A DNA stretch of 64,000 nucleotides, taken from the NCBI GenBank assembly GCA_028534125.1, contig CM052817.1:23252001-23316000 (forward strand), given 5' to 3'. Below are positions 26,208 to 39,358 of this stretch, piece after piece. This stretch comes from Lama glama (Eukaryota). The translations under genes were made by a program, and so were the position numbers. The number at the start of each line of letters is the position of its first letter. The stretch's first letter is position 1. Under the pieces are notes generated by a model, which worked only from the letters and a program-made list of their open reading frames with translations, did not search any database and was not told the origin of the DNA.

Positions 26208-26285
26208 ATTGATTAACTATTTCTGCACAGCAAATCATCCCCAAACGTAGCGACTTAAGACAGCAGTCTTTTAGCACACCATTCT
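26208..26285 (-). mobile_element. MLT LTR terminal fragment
   Basis: CTATTTCTGCACAGCAAATCATCCCCAAACGTAGCGACTTAAGACAGCA resembles an MLT1/MLT2 terminus. It stops at the adjacent L1. Confidence 0.55.
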
Positions 26286-26291
26286 TTTGAC

Positions 26292-28262
26292 TTTTTTTTT
26301 TGGTCTGGATGATCTGTCCATTAATGTAAAGGGGGTGTTAAAATCACCTACTATTATTGCTTCTGTCCATTTCTCCTTTTAGATCTGTTAATAATTGCTC
26401 TCTCTATTTTGGTGCTCCTATGTTATATGCATATACATTAATAACATGTCTTCTTGGTGATTGTCCCATATATTATATAATGTCCATTGTTGCTTTTTAC
26501 CTTTTTTGACTTGAAGTCTATATTATCAGATACGAATATGGCTACACCCACTTTTTTTTTTTTTTGTGGCAGCCACTTACTTGGAGCATCATCTTCCATC
26601 CCTTTACTTTCAGCTGATGTTTGTCTTTAGAGCTAATAGGAGTCTCTTGGCGGTAGCCTATTGTTGTGTCTTATTTTCTGATCCATACAACCACCATGTG
26701 TATTTTGATTTGTGAATTCAATCTATTTTTATCCAGAGTGATTATTGGCAGATGAGCACTTAGTAATGCTACTTTATCTTTTGTTCTCTGAGTGTTCTAT
26801 ATCTCCAGTGTTTTTCTGCCATTTTAGCTTGGTGGCTTTCTAAGATTTTCTGTTTCCTCTTTTTATAAGTTTTTCTGTGTCTCTGCTCTATATTTTGTGG
26901 TTACCATTAGGTTTGTATAAAATGTCATATATAAAATAGTCTTTTTTTTCTGCCAATAGCTTCTGATTTTCATTTGCCTTTATGAGTTCCATCCTTTTCC
27001 TCTTCCCCTTAAATATGTTGTTGTCTTAAATTATCCCTTTTTATGTTGTGACTTTGTTACCAAATTGAAGTAGCTATAGTTATTTTTACTGCTATTTTTA
27101 CCTTTAACCTTTATGCTATAACTTTTTAACAACCTATCCTGATGTAAAGTTGCTGTTTTCTGCCTAATTCTATTTATTACCTGACTCACAGTTTTCTGTA
27201 GTTTTGCCTTTTTGTTTCAGTTAGAAAAACTACTTTCAACATTTCTTGAAAGGCAGGTCTAGTTTCAGTCAACTACTTCAGCTTTTGTTTGTCTGAAAAA
27301 GCTTTTATTTCTTCTTTATACCTCAAAGATAACTTTGCTGGATAGAGTGATCTTGGCTGGCAGATTTTATCTTTCAGTGTTTTTAGTATGTCATTCCATC
27401 CTCCTCATCTCTCCTGCCCTGTAGAGTTTCTGCTGAGAAATCTTACATAAACTAATTGGGATTCCCTTTTAGGTTACCGTCTTCCCCCTGGCTCCTTTTA
27501 AATTTTTTTGGCATTGACTTTTGACAATTTTAATACAATGTGTCTTGGAGACAGTCTTTTTGCATTGAGATAATTGTGTGTTCTCTTAGCTTCATGGACT
27601 TGTATATCCAGCTCCTTCTCCAGGATTGAGATGTTCTCAGCTGTTATTTCTTTAAACTCTCTGCTTCCTTCTCCCTCCCTTCTCTTGAGATACCCATTAT
27701 CCTTATATTGCCCTTCCTGATGGAGTTGGCTGGTTCTTGGAGAATTACTTCAGTTTTTATAAATCTTACTTCTCTCTCCACTTCTACCTGTATTATATAT
27801 AGATTACTGTCTTTGAGCTCACTGGTTCTTTCTTCTGTATGGTCTGCTCTATTTCCAGTCCTTCCTAATGCTGCTTTTTGGTTACTATACTCACATGGGA
27901 CTCATGAATGCAAAGTACCATCGGCTATCTGAACTAGGTGATCTGGAGACCCTCCTCAGGTGATAACCTTAAACTTGGACCATTTTGTTTAGTCCAAACC
28001 CTTCATTCCTCAGAGAGAAGCTGGGAGTTAGGTGTTTCCTCCCGATTATGAGGCACTTTGCTGAGGAATGAGGTTTAAAGGAAGACTGTGTCTCAAAATT
28101 TCCTACCTATTTTGATGTGGGTATTTTCACAGTTACCAAATATGTAGGAATCACTTAACTAGTTTCTGAATTTATCTTAGAGGGAGTTGATCCATGTGTA
28201 GCTATATATTTGGTATGTGCTTAGGAAGAAGGAATGTCAGAAGCCTTCTCTGCCACCATCAC
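26292..28262 (-). mobile_element. L1 5' portion (5'UTR, ORF1 remnant, ORF2 endonuclease start), decayed
   Basis: The minus strand translates to YAYNIGAPK*REQLLTDLKGEMD...IIVGDFNTPFTLMDRSSR (L1 endonuclease motifs). ORF1-like sequence runs to about 27870 and an L1 5'-end-like GATGGTGGC lies at 28252-28260. Confidence 0.85.
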
Positions 28263-31200
28263 AATCTCAAGTTTTTTAGAAAACTCTTTTATTTGATTGA
28301 ATCTATGAAGCACACCCATAAATACTTCAGAGGAAATTTGGGGTGTATGTGACTAAACTTACTCTTAGATATCTTCAATATTTAATGACATTAAACAGAC
28401 ATTTATTTATCATAGCTTATGAGAATTTAACGAAGGTTTTTAAAATCATATACTTGGTTTGTCACTGTGTTTTACTGGCATTGCCAGTAAATTTATCTTT
28501 GCTCAGAAACAGTTTCTTAATTTTAACCTCATTTGACATCTGTAGAGGATGAGGATTTTTCAAATCATGAAGCCCTGGTTCTTTCATGTTTAAATTTCTC
28601 CTTTACTGTAACTCTCTCCTCTCACATTTTATTATAAGCAACAAGAAGAAATCAGTTGGCATTTTCAGCGTCCTGGCTGGAAATTACCTTAGCAAAATCA
28701 TCCCGTGGTTTAGGTATTTATTTTCTACTTTCCACATTACTGCAGTGTTTTGCTGCTGTTGTTGTTTTGCCAAAACCATCACTTGGGACGTATGAAGAGA
28801 GGGTGGAAGTATTATTTGGACAGAAGTACCTCCACATGGAAAAACGAAGTAGGAGAAACGGAGGTTAGCACTAGCATTCCCCAGCTCTCCTTTCACACCC
28901 CCTCCCCCATTTTAACATACTGGGCTTAACCAGCAAACTCCTGCTTGCTAGAGGTACACCTTGTCCTGGCGGAGGAGAATTCAGGACAGACCAGCTCCTA
29001 TGCCCACCTTTATGCGGCAGCACCAAAAACAGCATCCCCTGGATCACGTGGATCCTTCCGAGCTGCTGTGGTTTGACTTGGAGCTCGAAAGGCCCTGAGG
29101 TGACTTTGAATATGATACCAATTTTTCCATCCCAAGATCTTGGAATACTCCAGGATGGTAATTTACCACTATTCTGTTTCCCATACTACATTGTCATAAA
29201 TAGCTATTTAAAGGTTATACAAGTAAAATCGTATCACAGCTATATTATAATAATACTATGGTAGTAATATATAAATGCCCTGAACATAATCCTTTCAAAT
29301 TACTAAATACCAGTGAAATATCAAATTCAAAATATACTATTTACTTGACAATGTATGTAAATATTCCAATACTCAAATATCTAAATTAATGTCATAAGGA
29401 ATTAAATTCCTTAAGTGACCTACACAATTGCTTATAATATCGCACTTCCAATGGCTCAAATGAAAGGTCCCTTCAATAAGCCAAATAACTGGGACCCGTG
29501 GCTGCAGTGGGAGGCGCAGCTGTGCAGTACTGCCTGTGAATGAGTGTGTGGATTTCATTACTAGATTACCGTGGTGGCAGCACATGTATTTCACACACCC
29601 AATCCAGCTTTTATCAGAAATAAAATGTTTTGTTCCACATCTAACTTATATTAACTGTTTCTCAGTTGGTTCTCAACATAAAAAAATGCCAGTATACGTG
29701 TGTGAATCACACTTTCCATATACAGTCGTGATAGGAATAAGCACTTGGGGAACTGAATCACTGTTATTTCTAGCTTTGTGAATGTGTTTGTCCGGAGGAG
29801 TCTATTCTTCTCTGAGTGCAGACACCAAGATGAAGTACACATTCCCTTAGAGGTTATTTATCACAGTGTCAAAGATCAACAAATAACCATCCTAATATTG
29901 CTCTTCTTAGATCCTGAAAATATTTTAAACTTAATGGAAGGAGGCAAGTCAGATTGTAGGAATTCAAAAACAGATTATACTTATCACTTAAAACCACTTA
30001 TATGTTAGCAAATGAAATTTCTGTGGCTAAGCCCACCACAAAAGTTACACCACTTATACAGTCTGCTTCTCCCATTTATAAAAGATTAGACAGAATAATA
30101 ATGCATCAATTTCAAAAAACAGGATTACTCCTAAATGTATGGCTTCAATAAGGATGAGACATTAACCTCATTTAGAAGTAGATTAATTCATCCAAAGAGC
30201 ATTTAGTAATTTTTATGAATAATTTACTCAGGCAGCTTTTAAAGTCATTCATGACACAAGTTTGCCTCTCGTGTAATTTACCAGATGAATATATCTTAGG
30301 ATTTTAAGCAAACATAACTTATTTTTATTAGTCAGAGACGGCGTAAAGTCATGCCATCTACTTACTTATGTGCAGGCTAATGAGTTTTATTCATTGAATA
30401 AGTAATCAATACTGCATATTCAATTTGGTTCAGCCTTTCTGGAGAAAATTAAGTAGTGCTGTTCGAATTATTTAGTCCTTTTCCTCTCAAAATCTCATTT
30501 TCTATAATAGAAAAGCTGTCCATGAGCATGATTTTCACAGTTGCCTATGAGATTATCATCATGAATGATGTGGTGAAAGATTTAGATTGAGCCATAACTC
30601 AGAGATAATGTTTTTCTTTTATTTTGCAATTGATAACTTATACCTTGACTTTGGGGTGGGGGGGCTTAATGACCATTGTGTTAGTACTATACACGTGTCA
30701 CTGTTATGCCCATTGACTTTTTTAATATATGAACTTATTAATAATTATATCTTTCAACAAGGTAATCAATACTAGTTAAAGCAGTGTTAAAATTGACATT
30801 AATAGCTTTTTAAGAGATAGCATCTTTCTCATCTTATAATTAAAATTGTAATGTAATCCCTATTTAATAAGCATATTAATTACTGCTTCTGTATTTATGG
30901 AATATTTATATTATTTTTCTCCCAAATCAACTGCGGAAACAATGTCTATAAATATCAATGCCCCCAAAGCCACATCTGTTAAAATTACAAGATGTTAAAA
31001 ACAAAAGTCTCAGCTGGTCATGGAGATTTTTTTTATGTAGAAGGTAAAACTTAGTGCATATCCACCAGCCAATAATTGCACAGCACTTGCTTAGAATGCA
31101 CTTGTTATTCATGTGCATTTTCCAATGCAATTTCAAATAACTTTCTAGCTCACATTATCTCCATACATCAAAATTTACTGTAGGTGCAGCGTATAGCCCA

Positions 31201-31934
31201 CTGTGGAAGTTTAGAATAGAACACACACACTTAGAATTCTGGAGACTGGTCTTCTTTTCCTGACACTGTCATAATAGCCTATTTGGTGCCTTTCATTTAC
31301 TTCCAAGAGAGATTTTTCTCATGAAGTGTAGAACTAATGGTGCAGGGAAGCTTAAGTCTTCACTTAAAGGCTCACAAATGCATTGAATCATAATCATTAA
31401 AATGACTATTCTAGTTTGTGTAAAGTAGTCTGTATTCACAGCATTTAGCAGAATCATTGTCTCAGAGAAGACACTAAAATACTGGTTAAATAAAATTTCA
31501 TTTTAAAGTAGGCAAAAGGGAAGAGGAAAAGCAGTAGGCATGTATTTCTGAAAGAGATATATTGGATTTTGGAGGATGTCTTCAAATATATATGGATTAA
31601 TAGAATAGAGGTTAGAATATGCCTTTATAGATATAGAATACATAGCTAGGATTAATGAAAGGAAGCTACAGAGCCAGATTATAAATCAGTAGTAACGTGA
31701 ATTCTTTACTTTAGTTGCCATAAACCACATGGGTAGCTGTGTTCCCTTATAATCAGAACGAAGAAACTAAGCAGCAAGGTGGCCATTAATTACAAATCTT
31801 ACAGAAGTGATGCCTGAGCTGGCAGCAGTTATATGAGATTATTAATCAGGTTCAATTTATTTCCTAGACTCTGATTTCACATTGCCTAATCTCTAAAGTA
31901 AAATGCTACCAAAAGACCACTATATTCGTGTGAG

Positions 31935-32155
31935 GCACTAATGTGTCGTGAAAGAGAACTTAGATCCTGGAGCCCAGCTCCCTGGGTTCCAAAAGCAGCT
32001 CCACCACTTACTGAGTCTCACACTGGACAAATAAGTTGATATTTCTATGCCTCAGTTTTCCCAAAAATTGAATGGGACCTATTTTTCTGAGAATCAGTGG
32101 TAATGCTCATAAAATATTTAGCACACACAAAGTAGAAAATTTATGTTAATTATTA
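31935..32155 (+). mobile_element. MIR SINE
   Basis: CTGGAGCCCAGCTCCCTGGGTTC...GCTCCACCACTTACT...TGCCTCAGTTTTCCC. Confidence 0.8.
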
Positions 32156-32339
32156 ACATTAAATTCTACATAATATTTGTCTCATTATATCTTCAAATAT
32201 CAGTTTTAGAATCCTAATTTTCAATTGAGCTCTGTTATTAAATATCCCACTAAATTTATAATCTCTCCACTCCCTTTATTGAAAACCTTCAAAAACAGAT
32301 GTATAATCTTTTTCCTCGCCTCATTTTTTTCCTAAAATT

Positions 32340-32900
32340 AGAATTTAAACTTTAAATTTCCAATTAAGCATAACTTTATCTGCAAATTTTGATATGTTGA
32401 ATTTTTATTTCTATTCAGTTCCACCTATTTTCTAAATTTCTTTATGAATTATTCTTTGATCTTTGAATTATTTAAAAGTATGTAGATTAGTTTTCAAATA
32501 TTTGAATGGTTTCTAGTTTCCTTGTTTTTACTGACTTCTATTTTCATTCCATTTTGGTCAAAAAACATACTCTCCACCATTTAATCCTGTGTAAATTTAT
32601 CAAAATTTGCTTTATGGCTTAATATATGTTTTAAATTAACTTAAAATCATGAATTTTCAAAAATGTATATATTAGTAGTCAATAGTAAAGCGGTCTTAAC
32701 TATCAGTATATGTAGGATAACCAGTGTTTCTAGGATAGCTGATGGTTGTTTCATATCTTCAATGACTACTAATCTAGTTGTCCTATTATTTCCTTACAGA
32801 GGGGTATTACATTCTCCAATTATGAATGTGAAATTATAATTAGTCCACGTAATTAGGCGTTACATACATTAGTTATGTGTTCCTGATAAATTACCCACTT
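32340..32900 (-). mobile_element. Old L1 (L1M-type) ORF2 fragment
   Basis: T-rich antisense L1 sequence, e.g. TTCTATTTTCATTCCATTTTGGTCAAAAAACATACT and GGGGTATTACATTCTCCAATTAT. Confidence 0.6.
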
Positions 32901-33344
32901 ACCATTACAAAGGATACAACTTTAGTATGTAGCATAGAGTAAGGCATGTGAAAAGGGATGTGGAGCTTCCGTGCCGCTCTGGGCATGCCATCCCGCACCC
33001 CAGCACCTTTATGTGTTCACCAACCCAGAAGCTCTCTGGACCCCTGTGGAGGCTTTATTATAAAAGTATGAATGATTAAATAATTGTCTGTTAGTGATTA
33101 ATTCCACCTCCAGCCCCTGTCCCATCACCAGAGATCAGAGAGTGGGGCTGAAAATTTCAACCCTCTATCCAAACAAGTGTTTCCTCTAGCAGCCAGCTTC
33201 TATCCAAGGCTACCCAACAGCCCCCAGTGACCAGTCATCTCATTAGCATCCAGAAAGACACATTGCTTGAGAGATTCTAAGGGTTTTAGGAGTTGTGTGC
33301 AAGGAAACAGAGAAGGAGATGAAATATACATTTCGTATGTCACA
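32900..33344 (-). mobile_element. MER21-like ERVL LTR (partial)
   Basis: GGAGCTTCCGTGCC...GTGTTCACCAACCCAGAAGCTCTC...GGGGCTGAAAATTTCAACCCTCTA...AAGGGTTTTAGGAGTTGTGTGC, ending TGTCACA. Confidence 0.8.
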
Positions 33345-36300
33345 AAGGGACTTCTGAAGACTCAGTTACAGTGCTAGATGGATGCCAATACCTTGCAGGG
33401 CTGTGGTAAGTAGAACAGAGGAGAATGAATGATCATGTATAATCTTGTATAAGGGCTCTGCTGACTGGATCAGAAACAGGTATACACTCACATGCACACA
33501 CACAAATGTTTGTTTTTCTCTAATGAAAGCGCTGGCATTCAAAAACATAATACAAACTCCATTTAGGGGTATGCATGGAACAGCAGATGTTGGGTTTTTC
33601 CCTGCTAAGTCCAAACCAGGCAAAATTTCAAGGCATTAGTTCTGTTGTGTTTGTTTTTGTTTTTGCTTCTCAATTATTTGCCACATTGTAGTATTTGATT
33701 AAGAAATCTCACATACATTGAATTTCAAACCATTCCAAGTTTGGGGACAATATCTCTTCTACATTATATCTCCAAAATATAACACAATACCTAGCACATA
33801 GTAACGTTTCAAAATGTATTTACTGCATACATAGTTGAATTTATCAATATGTGGTATAGAAAGATGTCAGTGGATCAGCAGTGTTAGGAAGGCTGTATGG
33901 GGTCTAGAACTAGATTACATGGTCTTTGATTGTCCTTCCTATCCCCAAGGTGTTTGAATCAATACATTAGAATTGATGTCTTTCTAGCATAACCTCAGTG
34001 ATAACAAATTTATGGTTTTCTCAGATTCTCCTGGTAAGTAATTACACAGGTGTTAGCAGTCATTCTTTATCCTAAGATGAGCAGTTCTTAAGAAATCAAG
34101 CATGTTGGTGATCTCTCTTCTTCATGAATAGGAAATACCTGATGTAGTACACCGAGCCTGGGGACAGCATTTAGAGAATCCTCCAGGAAAGCATTAACTT
34201 CTAGTTAAAAGAATGCCTAGGTATTTTATTAAGCAGCAGCTCATCAATGATGAAATCACACTGAGAGATGTATAGGTATCCCTTGGGGCAACTGCTATGT
34301 GGAATGATGCATGCTAACCTTATTTGCTGAAATTCTAAAACAGTAACTATAAATTTTATCATATCACAAGCACTGTACACCTGTCGCTGAAATGTGCAAG
34401 ATTCTTCAGCATACCAACATATTCACTAATTGGGTAAAACATGCCACATAAGTAAATATTAAATATGGAATTCACTTTCACTTAATTGTCTTAATGTCAA
34501 GTGTCCCAATTAAGTGGAGAATATGCAAGATTTCCATTATATAATTCCAGCTTTCACTTATTAGTACATTGTTCATTTGAGATTTTTTTAAATTCTGGGC
34601 TGACTTTGAGACCTCGATCAAGTGCCTGAAATGTCCCCTTATTATTGAAATTCAAACCAAACCAGCTCTTATTTTCAGACCCACGTCTTTATTTTTCCTT
34701 AGTTCTTGTCTCCCAGCATTACGAATTACACGTGGGCTTTACTTAATACCTACATTAGTCCAATAAAGTAGATTATCACCCCATTCTTTTTTATTATCAT
34801 TTTATGAATTAACTGAAGAGCATCTGCCTGTGAAATAAACATTTCCTGTCTTAAGTCATTTTGGAAATATCATAGAATGTACTAAATTTAGAAATTCTGA
34901 CCAAGTGAGCATTGCTACATACCAAATTTGGTAATTTAATTTGCAAAATTTTGGCCTTTTCTCTCAGGCCTCATGCCAAAATATCTTAGTAGATGGAGCC
35001 ATATTAATCACAAATAATGTCTTATAAATGATTTTGAGTTTCCCAATACCTATTCTTTCTTTACCTTTTTATTCAGCTCTCCAAAAAATATCCATAATGT
35101 GTCTCAACATTTATATTTACCCTGCCAGGATACCTGAGGATTCTTTACATGACGGGTCTTATTTTTTCAGTTTCTTAAAATTTATCTTTTATGCACCCAT
35201 TGGCCATCATCAAAATTTCATGAAATCCAAATGTCAGAGTTGGCTGTGAATTTGTTTAGAGTAAGAATACAGAAAAAGTGATGTGGAACTGAAAAATATA
35301 TTAGCACATGCTGTGTCTGAAGGAGAAGGCAAAAATTAAAGGAAAAAATTCCCCTAGCTAAATACATCTGTGAGTTCAACTGATTATTGTTGAAAGGTAG
35401 GTCTGCAGGGTTCAAGGTATGTTGAATCCCTTCTCTAAGGTAGAGGTGGTATCTTTATTTTGTTATATGGGATACTTACTCTGTTCATCTCTTTGTCTTC
35501 TGCCAGAAATTGAGAAGTCCCTTCTCCTCACATTCCAGTATTACTTACATGGGAAATACAGAGCTATGCGTAGGTAAATAACTTTCTTAGAACTGTTAAC
35601 ACAAATATGCACAACTCGTATTCTGCCTGTTCACACGTAATAAACACAGGATAACTCACAGAGGTAGCGCAGGGATTAGAGTATTAAACCAATCAGTATT
35701 GTGAAAAGTCAAACATTTGTGTGAACCTGAGTTCCTTGGAAGGATGAATTTTTATTTTAGAATAAGACAATGACAGAAACATTACTTACCTTTATCCTGT
35801 CCCTGGAACAAATCAGGAAAAATAATCAGTAAGAAAGTAGGATTCCTTTTGATGGGTTTTAGGTAAGATATTTAAATTATATGTAACATAGGTTGTACGT
35901 GTTCCATCTTTCAATAAAGTTCTGATAAGCAGAGCATGAAATACTGGTTTTAAAAGCAGATATTTTACTTTAGGAATACTAAGAAGTATATCAGTATTTC
36001 TGGATCTTACGTAGAGTCTATAACCATGCTACCTTAAACTGCTAAGTTTAACATCACTTTGGTTCTGTATACACTGTCCTCCACTGTCCCTCTTCTGTGC
36101 CTTCGCAACTCTCCCCTTCCCTCAGGCCCTTATTTCCCACACACAGACGGACTTGGCTTCCTTAGGATCTCTTAGGTTAATCTCTTGCTTTAAGCCCTGA
36201 TAATCAAGTTTTATGTATTTATTTTGGAATTTTACAGGAATCACTGACACCAAGGTCTGAGTTAATAAGTGATTCTGTGTTTGTATAGACCCAGTGAGTA

Positions 36301-37809
36301 CATTCATCCTTGGCCTTTTCAGAAATCAGAGCTGCCCCCACCCCCGACACTAACCCAGCCCCAGTCTCTTTCCCTTATCATCTGCATGACTTCAGAGATA
36401 ATTTTTTTTTAATTGGCATCTATATGTGACTCTTTTGTTGATCAAAAATAACCATTTTACTGGGTCACTGGATAAGAAGGAGGCGAACGTGTCTAACAGA
36501 AAGCTCTATATGTGCCTAGGAAGGTTGTGCATCTCTTTGGAAGCCAAAAAACTATTCTGTTTTGAGAAAAAGCAAGAAAAAATTTACCTTTTTAAAACCA
36601 GAGTAGAATAATTTTTAAAAGGGAAACTAAATGATTTTACGCCTGTATTGCTATCTCCAAATGAGAACAGAAATTTCAAGTTCATTGTTCACAGAAGAAA
36701 GAAACACATGTTGCCTTCAGAAAAATAAAGCAAGATTGGAAGGTTATCTAACTCAAAAATTAAAACAGCTGAAATTGGTCATCATAATTATTGGAAAAAA
36801 ATCTCATAATATATATATCAGAGTCTTAGCTACAAGACCTTTGTTACAGTGAATTTTTTTCCCTGCATTTAATACTCTGGAAATTAGCACTTCAGCTTCA
36901 GTTTGTAAATTATTTTGTTATATAGGAAATTGTATGGTAATAGAATGAAATTATGACGTGTATGAACTACAGAATGAATTATGTCAGTGTCCATAAAACA
37001 GTGTAATTAAGAATTCTGTTACATCTACAGCTTTTTGTGTGCCAAGCCAGATTGTAAATTTAAAGAAAACAGTGCTGAAAACAGCTTATTAAATATTCTG
37101 TTAAAATTTGTTGAATTCTGCTAAGATGCTTATTGTATAAGTAGATTAAATTTTTTATTTATTTTGAAAATCTGTTTCAATGATTCTAAATAACCTCCAA
37201 GGCTAATAAAGGCCAGTGAAACTTTGAAGAAATGATGATGCTGCTCAGTGAAGACGCTAGCTCTCCAAGGTAGGCCAGCCATTCATCAGCAAACAGGAAG
37301 GGCAGAGGTTAATTAAACCTCTAGTTTAGAAACAACTATAAAAATTATTTACAGTGTTAATTTAGTCACCCAGGTTATCTCTTTCAGGATTGGTAGTAAA
37401 TCCTCAATCAGCTACTCAAAGGAGTCAGAATTATAGTGTCAGGGACAACATTTACTAGTTTATTACAGTGGGAGCTAAAATAAAATACCCTTCTGCTGTA
37501 GGATTCTAATTTGTAATTCAAAAGAAGCTTGTGAAGAGTAAAACTACTTCTTCCCCATTTAACTCTATTCTATTTGCAAGGAAAAACTTGATGCTCAAGG
37601 AAATATAGAATAAAAAACTTGCTTCTGCTGCTCACATTTACTGGAATAATATCAGAAAGAACTAAGAATGATCTTTTCTTAAAATATAAGCTGAGGTGGA
37701 TGAATTTCTGTATAGATTGGGATAAACAGATTGGACAGAAACCACAAATTAATTAAAAGCTCTGATTTCAAATTCTTCCTCATCTTCATATTAAAACTAA
37801 TGAAAACTC

Positions 37810-38090
37810 ACGGGATTGTAGAATTAAGACCATCTAGCACAACCACCAACCTTGACAAGTGTGAGGTTCTTGCTCAATCCCTTAAGAGAGCTGCTATCAC
37901 TGTTATATAGTCAGCTTCCATGCTTACAAAGAAGGACATGGTCTTATGTTTAGCAAGTTCTACCTAAAGGTTTTTTAAAAATGTTTGTCTACTTTTATTT
38001 ACCAACTTTGGATCTAAATTCTGCTCCTTAAGATAGAATGAAATCAACTTTATAACTTAATGACAATAATTATAAAACTGAGAGCAACTT
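37810..38090 (-). mobile_element. CR1/L3 LINE remnant
   Basis: TTAGCAAGTTCTACCTAA...TTGGATCTAAATTCTGCTCC...ATGACAATAATTATAAAACTGAGAGCAACT resembles antisense L3. Confidence 0.4.
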
Positions 38091-39319
38091 CAGAAATACA
38101 TCAAGTATCAAAATGCCAGTAGAAATATTTTTCTGGTTACCTATTATCTGAGTCCTACATATATGAGATTACATAAACTATATCTTTCTGGTCTAATCTA
38201 GCTGATTTTTGGATTTTGGAAACATTCTATAACACAGTGCAAGTACATAGCAATACTCCTGCAAAGAGAAAGTAAAACATTTTTTTAAACTGTGCAGGAT
38301 TTCATGAAATTAATAGAGACGATGTTGGAGAATTCCAAAGCCAATTGCAATGAAGTGGTGACATTTACAAGTATAACTATAGACTGGTACTTCAATGGAA
38401 AATTATTTGAATAGCAAGAGTAAATGAAGCTGAGGGAAATTAGTTAAAGTCTTGAAAGTTTGCAAAAATAAAAATATATGATGATGCTGTAAAACTCAAA
38501 TTATACTGTAACAGAATCTGTATAGAAAACTACAAAATATTGAACATGATTCATTCTATATTTTAAAGATTTTGCTCAACTCAAATTATAGCTAACATCT
38601 TGATCCTTTTTTTGAAGTTTCAGTTTTGTTTTCTAGATAAATTCTGGAACTATTTTTGATAAGTTTCTCAGATTCTCAGAAATATTTTTATAGACATGCA
38701 TTGATTATAAACAGATACACATGGTAGAATATTTTCAAATTTTTTTATAGCTGAAACTTTTCAGATTAAAATTTTATATTACATTCTAATACAACATTTA
38801 AAAGAAACTCTTATTTAAAACCATGTGGCAAAACCTGAGTCTTATGATTTTAAGCTCTGGGAGCTCATGGCACACTGACTGAAAATAAATAAACCATATT
38901 GAGTTATGCGGACATATCATAGCTTGTTTAGCACTTTTACTTTTGAGTATTTTAAAAATACACCATTTGCAAGAATGCAAATGAACACCTTTTGCCATTC
39001 AATAATTTACATGTCTCTCATTATAGTATACATACAAATTCTAAAGTAGAAAATGACTCTCTGATAATGAGGTTTTTTGGGCTTTTGATGTATATTACCA
39101 AATGACTTTTTAGTATATATTTTTCAGATGTGCCTAACAACTGGTGTTCTTATTGCTGTTTTACTGCTGCCAATATTGGATGAGTGTGTCCATTATTCTC
39201 ATTCCTAACAATTCTTTAATTGCAAAATTTCTTTTTTTTGAAGCAGAAGATATTGTATTTGTTATTCTTTTCCTTCCATTTTTCTTAAACTGGAGCATAT
39301 ATGTATGTGTGCATGATTT

Positions 39320-39358
39320 TATACACACACACGCGCACATACATGCACACACACACAT
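39320..39358. repeat. Alternating purine-pyrimidine (CA/CG/TA)n tract
   Basis: 39 bp of uninterrupted RY alternation, read directly. Confidence 0.9.

Noticed and set aside
28950..29105. Coding exon in the GC-richer segment
   Set aside because: The frames I translated give no recognisable protein and the splice signals are weak.
35850..35868. Recursive splice site TTTTAG|GTAAGA
   Set aside because: The pyrimidine tract is short and interrupted by GATGGG, and there is no evidence for a host intron.
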